Origin: Hemiscyllium ocellatum
Taxonomy: Eukaryota
Assembly (NCBI RefSeq): GCF_020745735.1
Contig: NC_083409.1
Span: 20,408,098 to 20,472,097 of the forward strand
Direction of reading: 5' to 3'
DNA length: 64,000 nucleotides
Position numbers and translations under genes: made by a program. This document shows positions 50,697 through 63,200 of the stretch, one piece after another; position 1 is the stretch's first letter; each line of letters starts with the position of its first letter. The notes under the pieces were generated by a model. That model had not been told where the DNA came from. It did not search any database and was given only the letters and a program-made list of their open reading frames with translations.

Positions 50697-53550
50697 TCAG
50701 GCAGGAGGCTGGAAGATCACAGCAAGTCAGGCAGCATCAGGCAGTGGAGAAGCTGATGTTTCAGGTGGAACCCTTCTTCAGGAATGGGGGTGGGTGTAGG
50801 GAGAGCTGCAGATAAAGAGGCGGTGGGGGACAGGATGATGAAGTGGGGATAGGTGATGACAGGTGGAGGGTATGACCTGGTTGGTCAGTGGGAGGAATGA
50901 ATCTGGTAGGTGTAAGGGAGTAGTGGAAGGGAGGGAGAGGTGCTGGGAAGGGGGTCAGGGGATGGGAAGGGAGGTTATTTGAAATTGGAGAACTCAATGT
51001 TGAGTCTTCTGGGCTGTATGCTGCCAGAAGGAAGATGAGATGTTGTTGATCCAGTATGTGGTTTGGTTCATTGTGGCAATGGAGGAGGCCAATGATGGTC
51101 ATGTCAAAAATGGAGTGGGAAGGGGAATTAAAACGGTGCTGACTGGTAGGACTGCTCAGCCCCTGCGGGTCTGGCTGAGATGTTCGGTGAAATGTTCCTC
51201 AGTTTACGTTTGCTCTTCCCGATGTAGAGAAGACCACATGGGGAACACCTGATGCAGTAATCTAGTTTGGAGGAGAAGCAGGTGAACCTCTGTCTCACCT
51301 GGAAGGAGTGTTTGGGGCCCTGGATGGAGGTGAGGGATTGGTGTAGCAGCAGGTTTTGCATGTTTTCAGGTTGCAGGGGAAGGTACCGAGGGGTTCGGGA
51401 TGGTTGCAATGCGAGTGGCACAGATCAAGAATTATCGAAGGGAATGGTCCTTGTGGAAGGCATCCAGGGGTGGGGAGAGGAAGAGGTATTTGGTGGTGTG
51501 GTCTAGTTAGAGTTGATGGAAGTGTTTAAGAATGATGCGTTGAATTCAGAGATTGGTGGGTTCATAGGTGATGACAATAGGGACTCTGCCTTTATTGTAT
51601 TTAGAGGGGGGTGGGTTTAGAGCAGTGGAACAGGAAATAGATGTGACGCAGTGGATGGCAGAAGGAAGAAAAACACATTGTTTGTAACAGTTGGACATCT
51701 GTGATCAGTGGAATGTCTTCTCATCCGAGCAGATGGGGGGTGGGGGGGGGAGGCAGAGGAATTGGAAGAATGAGGATGGAGTTCTTACAGGATACTGGAT
51801 TGGAGGAGGTGTAGTCCAGTTAGATATGGGAACCTGTGGGTTTGTAGCAAATGTCTGTCTGTAGATTATCACCAGAATTGGAAATGGAGAGGTCAAAAAA
51901 GGAGAGGGAGGTGTCCGAGATGGACCAAGGGAATTTGAGGACGGGGTGGAAGTTGTGGGCAAAGCTGATGTACTGCTCCAGTTCAGCATGGGTGCAGGTC
52001 ATTGCACTGATGCAGTCATTGATGTAATGGCGGAAGAGTTGGGGCAAGTGCCTGTGTAGATACTGAAGATAGACTGTACAACATAGTTGATAAAGAAGCA
52101 GGCATAGCTGCGGCCCATCTGGGTGCCCATGGCCAACCCCTGGATTTGGAGGAAATAGGAGGAGTTAAAGTAAACGTTGTTGAGAGTGAGGACTAGTTCA
52201 GCAAGTTGGAGGTGGGAATTGGTGGAGGGGGACTGGATAGGTCTGTTGCAGAGGAAAAGGTGGATGGTCTGGAGGCCATCCTTATCGGGTATGGATATAT
52301 ATAAGGACTGCACATCCATGGTGGAGATAAAGTGCTCAGGACTGGGAATCTGGACATTGCTGAAGAGATGGAAGGTGTGGTTGGTGTAGCGGATGTAGGT
52401 GGGAAGTGCCTGAATCAAGGAGGAGAGTTGAGGTAGGATGAGAGGAGTTTGGTGGAGCAGGAGCATGCTGGGACCATGGGTCAGCCGGGGTAATTAGACT
52501 TGTGGATCTTGAGGAGCAGATAGAACTTGGCATTGTGGGGCTGGGGAACTATGAGATTGGAGGCAAAAGAGGGGACATTACTGGAGGCAATGAGGGCACT
52601 GATAGTGCAAGTGATTTTGGCCTGATGGGTCACCGCGGGGTTATGGGCAAGGGAGAAGTAGGGCATGGTGTTGGAGAATTAGCGTTCGGTCTCTGTGACA
52701 TTTAGGTCTGTTCTCCACCTTTGTCAGTGGGATTGATAGTGAACCAGGGGTTGGTGCGGAGAGAATGGAGTCCTCAATCAGAGGGGGAGATGGTAGGAGA
52801 GGGTGACGGGGGTGGGGGGGATGTGGAGAAATTGAGGTGGCTGATGTCACATCAGTGGTCAGCACTGAAAAGGTCGAGGATGTGTACACAGCTGGTGGTG
52901 GGGGATGGGGGGGGTGACCAAATGGAGGAGGAAGGTTGGAGGTGGGAGGAGGGGTCCTCAGAGGGAGGTTGGGAATTTTTGTTAAAGAAGAAGACACGGA
53001 GGTAGAGACGGCGGAAGAAGAGCTCCACATCCTGGTGGGTGCGGGTTTTGTTGAGATGGGTTCGGGCGGGAATGACTGTGAGCCCTTTCCTGAGGACAGA
53101 CCTTTTAGCCTCAGAGAGTTCGAGGTCGGGGGGGAATAGTAAAAGTGGGCAAGGCTCGGGGGTGAGGTTTTTGGGGAGGGCCCAAGGTGGCTGAAGGAGG
53201 GGAGGGGGGAAGGGTGAAGGCATGTGGTGGGTGAGGGTTGATTGTGATGTAGCACTGGGGAATGGGTGTGGGAGAGAAAGGAGATTGGGGCGGAGGTGGG
53301 TTGTGGAGTGAGGTGTGGGAGTGGGAAGGTGGGGATGAGATGAAGAGGGAGAAGTGGAGGGATAGGGTGCACTGTGGGCGTGTATGGGTGAGGAGGGAGA
53401 GCGAGTGTGCTGGCTGGCTGAAGGTAGGCAGTTGGACTCAGGGTGACTCTGGGAAAAGTAGTCGGAGTCTTGGTTGCAGTGTGGGAGGGGACAGAGATGG
53501 ATGCAAAAGCTGGAGTGAAGCCAAGGCCAGTCTGAGTGTTTTGACCCGGG
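50697..53550 (-). mobile_element. Near full-length decayed Penelope-like element (RT + GIY-YIG)
   Basis: TMDVQSLY, GLAMGTQMGRSYAC and YINDCI RT motifs. Hammerhead CUGAAGA-A-GGGU-UCC-ACCU-GAAAC-AUC at 50755-50781 (-). Confidence 0.9.
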
Positions 53551-53554
53551 TTCA

Positions 53555-53845
53555 ATTCCAGCCTCAGGCAACTGTACGTGTGGAGTTTTCATATTCTCCA
53601 AGTGTCTGCGTAGGTTGCCTCTGGGTGCTCTGGGTTTCCTTCCACAGTCTAAAGTCGTGTGACTTATGTGAATTGGCTGTGCTAAGTTGCACATAGTGTT
53701 CAGGGATGTGTGGGTTAGCGTCATTAGTCAGGGCAAAAGTAGAGTAATGGGATGGGGATTGGGTCTTGGGTGGGTTCCTCTTCCAAGGGTCAGTGTGGAC
53801 TTGTTGGGCCAAATAACCTGTTTCCTCACAGTAGAGATTCTATGA
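53555..53845 (+). mobile_element. Old HE1-type SINE fragment (paralog of 23210-23500)
   Basis: B box and V-SINE core. Confidence 0.8.
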
Positions 53846-54081
53846 CAGTCCATTCCAGATTCTCACCACCCACTGAGTGAAAATGTTCTTCACCAAATCT
53901 CATTTGCGGTGTTCATAATGAAACCTTCCAAAAAATTCATTTTGTCGAGTGCCATTTAGCTCTTGAGATTCTTGTTCAATAAACGTTTTATTCTTTTATA
54001 TATAATATGAGTTCCCTGACAGGGACAGTTAACCTTGTCCAATCAGGGAGTCCTGGCTGACAGATCAAAAGGGGTCTGTCA

Positions 54082-55190
54082 AACGGTGGTGCTCGGACCC
54101 GACGTAGTGCACCAGTTGGAGGATGCTCAGGTATGCGGTGGGATCCCGTCCGCGCTCACCCAGCCCGGACGGAATTTCACATTAGCCCCAAGGTCCCGTG
54201 CTTCCCGCGGGATCCTGTGTTCCACAGCCAGAGCCGCCTCTGGAATTTTAATTTTGTCCCTTTTAAGGATGCAAAAAGGCGGGCCCTGTATCGACTGCTA
54301 CTGCACACCGTCCACCGCTTCTCCCTCATCCACTGTCTGGACACGCATTGGCGTGCCCATTTGCTACACGGTGGTGGGGATCCCCAGTGGAGGGCTCTCA
54401 ATGCAGGAGTCCTCTCCCTTTCTCTTGGGGATTTGGGGTGGAGGGTGGTGTACGCAGCGGTCCCTGCAACCACAGATTGCAGTGGTTCACGGACTCCCAG
54501 CCCAACTGCTTGTTCTGTGGTGCTGTGGAGTCCGTGGAACACATATACATTGGGTGTGGGCATTTGCACTCCCTTTTTGATTTTCTTAAAAACCTCCTCC
54601 TCTGCTTTTGGTTGCACTTCAGTCCCACGCTCCTGATCTTCGGGCACCCGGTACGGAGGAGGGAGGGCAGGCCTGAAGACCTCCTTGTGGGTCTGCTCCT
54701 GGGCCTGGCCAAACTGGCCATAAACAGGTCCAGGCAGCAGGCCGTGGAGGGGTCATTAGGGCCGACTGCCTGCCCCTCTTCTGCGGTTATGTTAGAGCCC
54801 CGGTGTCCTTGGAGAAGGAGCACGCAGTCTCCACGAACACCGTGGAGTTGTTCAAGGAGAGGTGGGCGCCGCAGGGAGTGGAGAGCATTATCTCCCCCTC
54901 TAACTCTATTTTCATTCAATCTCTTACCTCCCCTGCACTGTTTGATCACACAGCATTGCCCTTTGATGCGAAGGGCACTGCTTGTCACAGGCCACTCGGG
55001 TGTTTCCTTTCTTCCTGGTGGTGGAAATTGAATAAAGATTCGTACACCTTGTTCTCTCACTGCGTCTCACACCTGCACACACACACCATGGGTGCTGGGG
55101 AAAAGTAAGCACGACCGCAGTTAGGCAGTAGTGTGGGGTAATAGAGAAAAAAATAAACAGGAGTGTCAGAGGTTCTAAAAAAAAAGAAAA
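54082..55190 (+). mobile_element. Tx1-clade (L1) LINE 3' end, specific to copy 2
   Basis: ORF2 C-terminus with CCHC knuckle CLFCGAVESVEHIYIGC, AATAAA at ~55029 and A-rich tails. The site in copy 1 (~23735) is empty. Confidence 0.85.
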
Positions 55191-56978
55191 CAGGACTGTC
55201 AGAAGTAGTGATACTCTGGTACCTGACTCTGAATAACAACCTGCCAACCATCCCCCTTCTTCTGTCACCCTCAATCTCCCCATGCTTCCTCTTGATGCCC
55301 CTTTGATCCAGCTTGTGCTGCCTTTGGGAGAGGCTGACCTTCCCTCCCTACCTCACCCAGGAACATGGACATCATCCTAAAGGAGCACAGTCACGTTTTT
55401 AACCTGAGGGGCATCACAGCTGGGACAGGAGGAGAGAACTTGGCACCTTCATGGTGGTCATACCTGTCATTAATCCACGGCAACCTCTCTTGGGGCTGCA
55501 AGAATTCAACCTCCCTCCCTCAGACAGCTCCCCTCCCTGGAAGGTAATATTGCTGCTCCTAATTTCGGGCTAATTGCCAACTGAAATACAACTATGGTGA
55601 GCCAGCATCGGCTGGGCAGGCAGCCACTACTGCTCTGAACCTGTACCCAGAAAATCCCCTTGTAATTGGGCAACACATTAGGGACCACAGTGCCCACTGC
55701 CTCTGAAATCCCTCCCTTACCGAGAATACACTCTCAGCTGTCATCTGAATTTACTATAAACTCTGTGTCCTGTGATCCTGCCCCTCCAGCTACCTGATGA
55801 AGGAACTGCGCACTGAGTACTTCTACTTCCAAATAAACCTGTTTGACTCAAACCTGATATTGTGTGCTTTTTAACTTTGGCCATCTGAATGAACTGCCTC
55901 TCAGATTGAATCAGCTGAGCTGTTTTTCATTCATGATTTGAGAAGATTAAAGTCTCATCTTCAATCCCCAGCACAAAGCCCATTCTCAATCCATCGCTCG
56001 GAGACACAGACCTCAGAGAGACACCTACAGGCAGCACAGAGTAACACACTCGCGCGGAGAGAGACACCTACAGGCAGCACTAAGTAACACACTCACACTG
56101 TGAGAGACACAGCCGACAATGTCTGTGAATGGCTGAAGATTGTTTCAGGGGCTACCCAACACGCCGCAGAGATTACACAGTGCAATCCCATCAGCTGGGC
56201 CTGGAGGGAATGCGTCGGATTGTAGTTATTGAGTCCTAACAACTTTCAGTTTCTGTTCTTTTTGGAATCTTGTAATCTGCATAAATTCCTGACCAAAGGG
56301 ATCATTTGAAAATGATTAATGACTGATGATTGTAATTGATTGACAGGCCAACCAGCCAATCTTGACAATGACCTGCTGAAATTCAGCCAATCAACTGGGG
56401 GAGCGGGGAAGGTCATCTATTTCCAAAGCACACAGAGGCAGAGACTGAATCTTCATCTTTATTCCCTTTTTCAGATTCACATTGACAGAAAAAAACCCTG
56501 CAATTAACAGTCCAGACAGAGAAAGCTGCTCAAATTCACAGCCACAATGGAGCTTAAGGAAAACACTTGTGGAGATTTTCTCAATAACATGAGAACCCTG
56601 TCCCTTTAAACAGTGACAAAACCTTAAATTGGAACTGACAGCTAAGCAGGAAGAAGATCTGGTTTACTGAAGCAGAGACTTCTGAGGTTCACATTGTTTT
56701 GTACAGCTGACAGTCTTCAGCAACTTCAAGAGATCTTACTTGGCATACAGTCAACACTTCCCCATCAAACACTCCCCGGACAAGGACAGCATGAGCTTTG
56801 ATATAGCGTAAAGTCTCTCGACACTGTCGCAGTGACCACTTCCAAACTTCAGAAGGTTCTCTGAACAGTCCTGACAAGGAAGAGAGTAGAAATTCAGTGC
56901 TAACGATGACCTTTGTCCTGTCAGCTCAGCCCTGTTCTAAGTAAAGTTGTGTCTCCTCTGTGGACTGTCTCCAACACT

Positions 56979-57280
56979 CTACACACATTCTGATCTCCTG
57001 ATGCCCTTTCTGAGGGAGATGGCAGGGTCACATGGGTGAGGGCACATGAGAAAGGAGCGTTGGACTCCCAGTCAGACCCTGTAGGTGCTGTCCGAAGCTC
57101 GCAGGTAGTTGCTGGTCTGAACCCCGTCTGAAATGACTGCACCATCCTTCTTCCACTGCACCGCCAGCTCATCGGGATAGAAGTGATTGGCAAGGCACAC
57201 CAGGGTGCCAGTGCCCTTGGCATTGACCTGCTCCGGGGAGGGAGGCAGCAGGGTCAGCTTGGGCTGAGAGTTCTCACGGC
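56979..57280 (-). pseudogene. IGKC: Ig kappa-type C exon pseudogene
   Basis: Acceptor intact. A 26-nt deletion after ACCTACAG gives a TGA at 57072-57074 after 68 codons and loses the second Cys. A further 1-nt deletion lies near 57015. Confidence 0.92.
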
Positions 57281-58739
57281 CTGAAAGACAAGAGAAACAA
57301 TTTTAATCCCTGACAAACAAATGGGTTTTGACTCTCAGTATATTCACTGGCAATACAATCTTATTGAACATTTGTAGTCAATGCAGAATAAACCCGATAA
57401 AAGAACAGATATTGTTTAAATTGCTTCTTGGGATATGAGAGTCACTGCCAGCACTAGCATTTATTGCCCCTCCCTAATTGCCCCGGAGAAGGTGATAGTG
57501 AAAGAGAAGGGACAGTTTTAGACTATCGTTTATGGAATGAATGTGGGCAGCTGGAAAGGCTATCAATGGGGGAGCAGTTCAGTGACAGTGATCAGAACTC
57601 AGTGAGATTGAGAGTATGGATGGAAATGGAGAACAATGGAGCGAGTGTAAAAGTTTTCATTTGGGAATGAACTATTTTACTAAACTGTGCAGTGATTTAC
57701 CAAAAGTGGACTGAAACCAAGTACATGATGGAAAATCAGTATCAGGGCAGTGGGAGGCCTCGAAGGATGAGACAGAGATTGTTCAGAATCTGTTCCCACA
57801 ATGAGTAAGTGTGGGACTCCCAAATAAAGACATCCCGGCCTGGGATGTCAAAAAGCAACAGAGTAGGGAAGACCAAACAGGGACGGTGATGTTGGTTATC
57901 TGGAGATCAAACCTGCAGAAAGCTGAGAGGAGGATAGAAAATGCAGGGGTGACATTGAACAGGACCTGAGGAAAGCAAAGAGCTGACAGGATGAAATATG
58001 TCCAACTGAATCAGGGAAATCCCAACGAACAAGAGGATCGTGGGTCATGTACTGACATGGATTGGGAACTGGTTGGCAGACAGGACAGAAACAACGTCTT
58101 TTTCTGAATGGCAGGTAGTTACCAATTGTCTCACTACAGGGGTCAGTCCTTGTACCCAGTTATTCATAATATACAATCATAGAATCATAGAGACCCAAAA
58201 GGCCCATCAGCCCATTGTGTCCAGACTGGTCAAAAAATAACAACCCAACAATTCTCATCCATTCTTCCAGCATGAAGGAATTAGATGTGGTATGTATTCA
58301 AGAAGGAATTAGATATTGTTCTTAGGATTAAAGGGATCAAAGAATGTGGGGAGAAAGCAGGAACAGGGGATTGTGTTGGATGATCGGCCATGATCATATT
58401 GAATGGTGGAGTATTCGAGGTGTGTAAAATGGTGAGGGCCCTGGACAGAGTGGGTAGGAAGGACTGATTTCCATCAGCAGAGAAGCAATAGCCATGGGGA
58501 GAGATTGAAATGAATTGGGGCAGGGTTTGAGGGGAGTTGAGGAGTAACTGTTTCCACCCAGTGGCTGGTGAGATCTGGGACTCACTGACTGAAAGGGTGG
58601 GAGAGGCCAAAACCATCATCACATTGAAAATTCACTTGGATATTCACTTGAAACAGCGAAACCTCCAGAGCTATGGAGCGAAAGCTGGAAAGTGGGATGG
58701 AGCTCGATACATCTTTAACAAACTTGCTATCACCCACAG

Positions 58740-58940
58740 ATCAGGAGAACTTTATCCGAGAACATTGGAGCAGACTTGGATCCACACACTTCATTGGGTG
58801 TCCATGTGGAAGATTCCAGATTACATTTCAAACCTTGCTGCACACCAATGGGCTGAGGTCCAGGGTGAGGATACAAAGAGTCTCACTGCCCCCGGGTCAG
58901 CCAAGGTCAATTCTCCTAATGACTCAATGACCCCTGGAAG
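58740..58940 (+). other. Candidate 201-nt symmetric exon of unknown origin
   Basis: cccacAG|ATCAGG...GGAAG|GTGAG. The phase-2 frame is open, and the sequence is unique and sits between repeats. Confidence 0.25.
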
Positions 58941-59239
58941 GTGAGAGTACACAGACAATGGGTGAGGGTCAGGATCAGGAAGCTCCAATCTTAAAGAAAG
59001 GCTTGAATTTGTGTAACACCTGTCCCCAACTCAGGATGCCCCAATGGCGCTTTCCAGCAGACTGTGCACATTAAGATCCCAAACACATTATGATAATTAG
59101 CAGGGAAATAGATTTTTATTGATTTTGATTGGGGGATAAGTATTGACCAGGGCACTGGGGAAACTGCCTGCTCTTCCTCCAATGGTGTCATGGAATGGCA
59201 TCTTTCACAACTGAAGGATTCCCAGTTCATCCAAAAAAA

Positions 59240-59922
59240 AAATTATAGTTCCTTCAAAGTGGAGTTGCAGGTCGATAGTGTGGTGAAGATGTTGTTCGGT
59301 GTACTTTCCTTTATTGGGCAGTGCATTGAGTATTGGAGTTGGGAGCTGTTGCGGCTGTACAGGACATTCGTTCAGGCACTTTTGTAATGCTGTGTGCAAT
59401 TCTGGTCTCCCTGCTACAGGAATAATGTTGTGAATCTTAAAATGCTTCAGAAAAGATTTACAAAGATGTTGCCAGGGTCGGAGGGTTTGAGCTATCTGGA
59501 GAGGCTGAATAGGCTGAGGCTATTTTCCCTGCAACTTTGGAGGCTGAGGGGTGACAATGTAGTGGTTCATAAAATCATGAGGGGCATAGATAGGGTGAAT
59601 AGAGAAGATCTTTTCTCCAGAGTGGGGCAGTTGAAAACTGCATAGGTTGAAGGTGACAGGAGAAAGATTTAAAAGGGACCTAAGGGCCAACCTTTTCATG
59701 CGGAGGGTGGTACATGTATGGAATGAGCTGCCAGAGGAAGTGGTGGAGGCTGGTAGAATTACAGCATTTACAAGGCATCTGGATGGGTATATGAATAGGA
59801 AGAGTTCAGAGGGATATGGGCTAAATGCTGGCAAAGGGGACTGGATTAATTTAGGATATCTGGTCAGCATTGATGAGTTGGATTGAAGGGTTGGTTTCCG
59901 TGCTGTACAAATCTCTGACTCT
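59240..59922 (+). mobile_element. CR1/HER1 LINE 3' end
   Basis: VQFWSPCY...LQKRFTKMLPG...RLRGD...HKIMRGIDRV plus 3'UTR. Confidence 0.9.
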
Positions 59923-60489
59923 AACTGAAGTTCAACTGAACCCTTAACACTTCAGACTCTCCCAAAGACATTTATAGACAGCTTTGTTTGAAAACCAGTC
60001 ACTGTTACAATGTCGGGAAAGTAGCAGCCAGTTTCTACTCAGCAAGATCCCATGAAAAGCAGTGAGATCAAAGACCACTGTTAATGATGCTGGTTCAAAG
60101 ATAAGTATTGTCCTGAACTCAACCCAAAGACCCAATAATTGGGTTCAGTTGGATGGAAAATGAGGAAATGGAGTGGAAAGGAGCAGGTAGGTTGGTGATT
60201 AGTGATGGGATTGATTGTTACCAGAAGGAACCATAAAAGTGCAGGGAAAATCAATAATTGAACAAACTTAAAGAGTTTTTATCTAAATTCGTGAACCATT
60301 CCGAGTAAGGGAGATAAAGTGATGCCACAAATTGAGGTAAATTGAGTTTCCAAGGGATTTAAACTAGTTAAAGTGGAGGAGGGCTCAGGCGAAGTTATTC
60401 AGGTTTCTAGAAGATGTAATAGGACAGAGAGTATGGAAAGGATCAAGAGTTGAACATCAAACACAAGAGATAAGAGGACAATGATGGGA

Positions 60490-60860
60490 AGGAGTGCAGT
60501 CAATGCAGGACTGAGGGTGTTGTACTTTAATGCACACAATATACACAATGAGCTTGTAGTGCAGATTGAAACTGGCAGGTACAATGTTGTGGGTATCACA
60601 GGGACATGGCTGTAAGGGGATCCGGGCTGGGAACTAAATATCCAAGGATACATGTCCTATCAAAAGGACAGGCAGATGGGCAGAGGAGCAAGAGTTGCCT
60701 TGTTAGTGAGAGATGAAATTAAATCAATAGCAAGAAGTGACATAGAGACAGAAGATGTAGAATCTGTGTGGGTAGAGTTGAAGTACCGCAAGAAATAAAG
60801 AATCTGATGAAAGTTATGTCCAGGTCTCCAAGCAGTAATCAGGATCATGATCAGGAGGGG
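60490..60860 (+). mobile_element. CR1 APE endonuclease 5' fragment
   Basis: LYFNAH...YNVVGITGTWL...WELNIQG motifs. Confidence 0.8.
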
Positions 60861-61099
60861 ACAATGGGAACACAATAATCTGATGCAAATTCCCCATCAA
60901 CGTTCACCCATTCCTTAGGCACAGCAAGATCACAAGCCAAGAAATTCAAATCAACTGTTTGGGAGCCAGAGCCACTGGGAACCCTATATTGATGAATATG
61001 ACCAGCAGGACCTTGTTACTCAGAATAACAATTGCACAATAAGAATTTGGGAAATAAATATTCCATAAATTAGACCTAGGTTTTCTTTACTCTTCAAAT

Positions 61100-61380
61100 C
61101 AGATGGAATTGTCCTGTGTATCCCTGGAATCAGATTGAGAATGTTCGGTCCAGGGGGAGTCTGGGAGTCACGGCTGGGGAGGACAGTCAATGATAAACTG
61201 GTTCCACTTTCTGCTGTCATATTCTGTAGCCCCTGGACCATCTCAGTGACAACCATCCAGGGATCAGTGTGGATTCCAGAGCAGCTCATTGTCCTGACTG
61301 TTGTGTTCCTCAGTCCACATGTGGCTCCAGCAATCTCACTCCATGGTTCTCATATCAGTGGGAACCATGGGGCTGAAATC
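61100..61380 (+). pseudogene. Degenerate Ig V-like segment resembling sigma-type light chain
   Basis: After an acceptor-like ttttctttactcttcaaatcAG, frameshifted stretches read (V)SPG..R(L)ECSVQG, INWF, HFLLSYS and SR(G)S..IPE. ATGCAAAT lies at ~60883. There is no valid RSS. Confidence 0.4.
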
Positions 61381-62104
61381 TTATCCAAACCGACTCTCTC
61401 ACAGCGGGGAGGCTCCTGGTGGCTCAGAAACCCCTTGGATTCAGTCCCAGATTCCACTGTGGCTCTTTCATTCTAACACAGCATTAGCACACTGACACCA
61501 CATTCAGAGGGCAATCCTGAGATGGGGCAAGTTTGGTTCTTGATTCCAATGTGAGGAAATGGGGGCTGGGTGTGAAATGTCTAGTCTGAAACTGGTGGGG
61601 GTACTTTATAATGAAGAATAGAAATTGATGTCAGAATAAAGTCAGGTGTTGATGGGAGTGAGGAATATCCCAGTGATCTGTCTCCAGACTACACACATCC
61701 TTCTGTCAGACCCTGAAGGCTGAGAAACAGCTCCTTGACATCTATTATTTCTCCAATTTTTCCAGAAATGGTGAATATATTCTGTGTCAGTGATTCCCTG
61801 GGACAGGACATTTTAAAAAGAGCTGTGGGAAGGGAACTGTTGCCTCTAAATGACAAAGCAAATGGAAGGATGTGGAGCTGGCACTGTGAAATGTTAGGGC
61901 ACAGAGGATGACACCAGAAGCAATTCAATGTTGTCGCTCTCTCCTTTGCAATTGACAAACTGGTAATAATTGGTTCTCCCTCACAATTTGCTCTCTTGTA
62001 TTCGATCCACGTGCCTTTCTTGCTTTGCTTCTTTTGACTTGAGTCTGTGGGTAGCTCAAACAAAACCCAATTTCCTCACTCTCAACCAGGCCCCTGAAGA
62101 GATT

Positions 62105-62640
62105 AGAGACAAAACAAACTGCAAATGCTGGAATCCAAGGTAGACAAGCAGGAGGCTGGGAGAACACAGCAAGCCAGGCAGCATCAGGAGGTGGAGAAGT
62201 CAACGTTTTGGCTGTAACCCTTCTTCAGGACTGGGGGTGGGTTGCGGGGTGGTGGGGGAATGATGGGGGAGCTGCAGATAAAGGGAGTGGTGGGGGCAGG
62301 GTGGTGAGATGGGGATAGGTGAAGATAGGTAGAGGGTGCTACCTGATTGGTTGATGGGAGGGATGAATACAAATTAATCTCTCCCATCGACTAATCAGGT
62401 CATACTCTCTACCATTCTCAACCTGATGGGGATAGGTGAGGATAGGTAGAGGTGAGATGGGGATAGGTGAAGATAGGTAGAGGGTACTACCTGATTGGTT
62501 GATGGGAGGGATGAATACAATTAATCTCTCCCATCGACTAATCAGGTCATACTCTCTATCATTCTCAACCTATCCCTACCTCAACACCCTGCTCCGCCCC
62601 ATTCCCTTTATCCCCTTTTCCAATCTTTCCTTATCACAGC
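62105..62640 (-). mobile_element. Penelope pLTR end with tandem fold-back duplication
   Basis: pLTR at 62105-62300, then forward/inverted ~105-bp units repeated at ~62310-62415 and ~62460-62570. Confidence 0.75.
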
Positions 62641-62829
62641 CCAATCATTCCAGGGATCAATCGGGTAAAATTCTTGTGAACCACCTCCGATGCATTTATA
62701 TTCTTCCTTCAATAGGGAGACCAAAACTACCCTCAATATTTGAGATGTAGTCACACCAATGTCCAGGAATAACTGAAACATCACAGTCTCACTTTCTGGT
62801 CCTTAAGCATGCCTACTCTTACTTGTACC

Positions 62830-63200
62830 AGGCTTTTTACTGTCCATGTCTAATTGCCCTGGACCTGGTGGTGATTAGCTGCCTTCTTGAACCCCTGCAG
62901 TCCGCGTGCTGTTGGAAGACCCACAATGTCCTTAGGAAGGGAATTCCAGGATTCTGACCCAGTGATGATATAGGAACAGCTTCATATTTCCAAGTCAAAC
63001 TGGTGAATGACTTGGAGAGGAACTTGCTGGGGTGATGGTCCCGTGTATCTGCTGCCCTTGTCCAAATATAAGTGGTCATGGGTTTGGAAGCTGTTGTCTC
63101 AGGATCTTTGGTGAATTTCTGCAGTGCATTGTGTAAATAGTACACAGAGCCGTTACTGAGCGTCGGTGTGGGGGGAATGCATGTGTGTGAATGCGGTTCC
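62830..63200 (-). mobile_element. Old CR1-like LINE 3' fragment
   Basis: Same 3'-end family as ~1420-1700 and ~33580-33700 (cagtggttcaagaaggcagctcaccaccac-type tail). Confidence 0.65.

Larger units (their letters stand above)
47224..58595. repeat. Segmental duplication copy 2
   Basis: Colinear with 17352-28194. Carries an extra Tx1 insertion and lacks three copy-1 insertions. Confidence 0.95.

Noticed and set aside
52641-53724. 304-aa and 290-aa Pro/Ser/His-rich ORFs
   Set aside because: They are frames through a decayed Penelope N-terminus and an HE1 SINE fragment.
61400-61432. CACAGCG...TCAGAAACC RSS-like pair
   Set aside because: The spacer is 17 bp, which is neither 12 nor 23.
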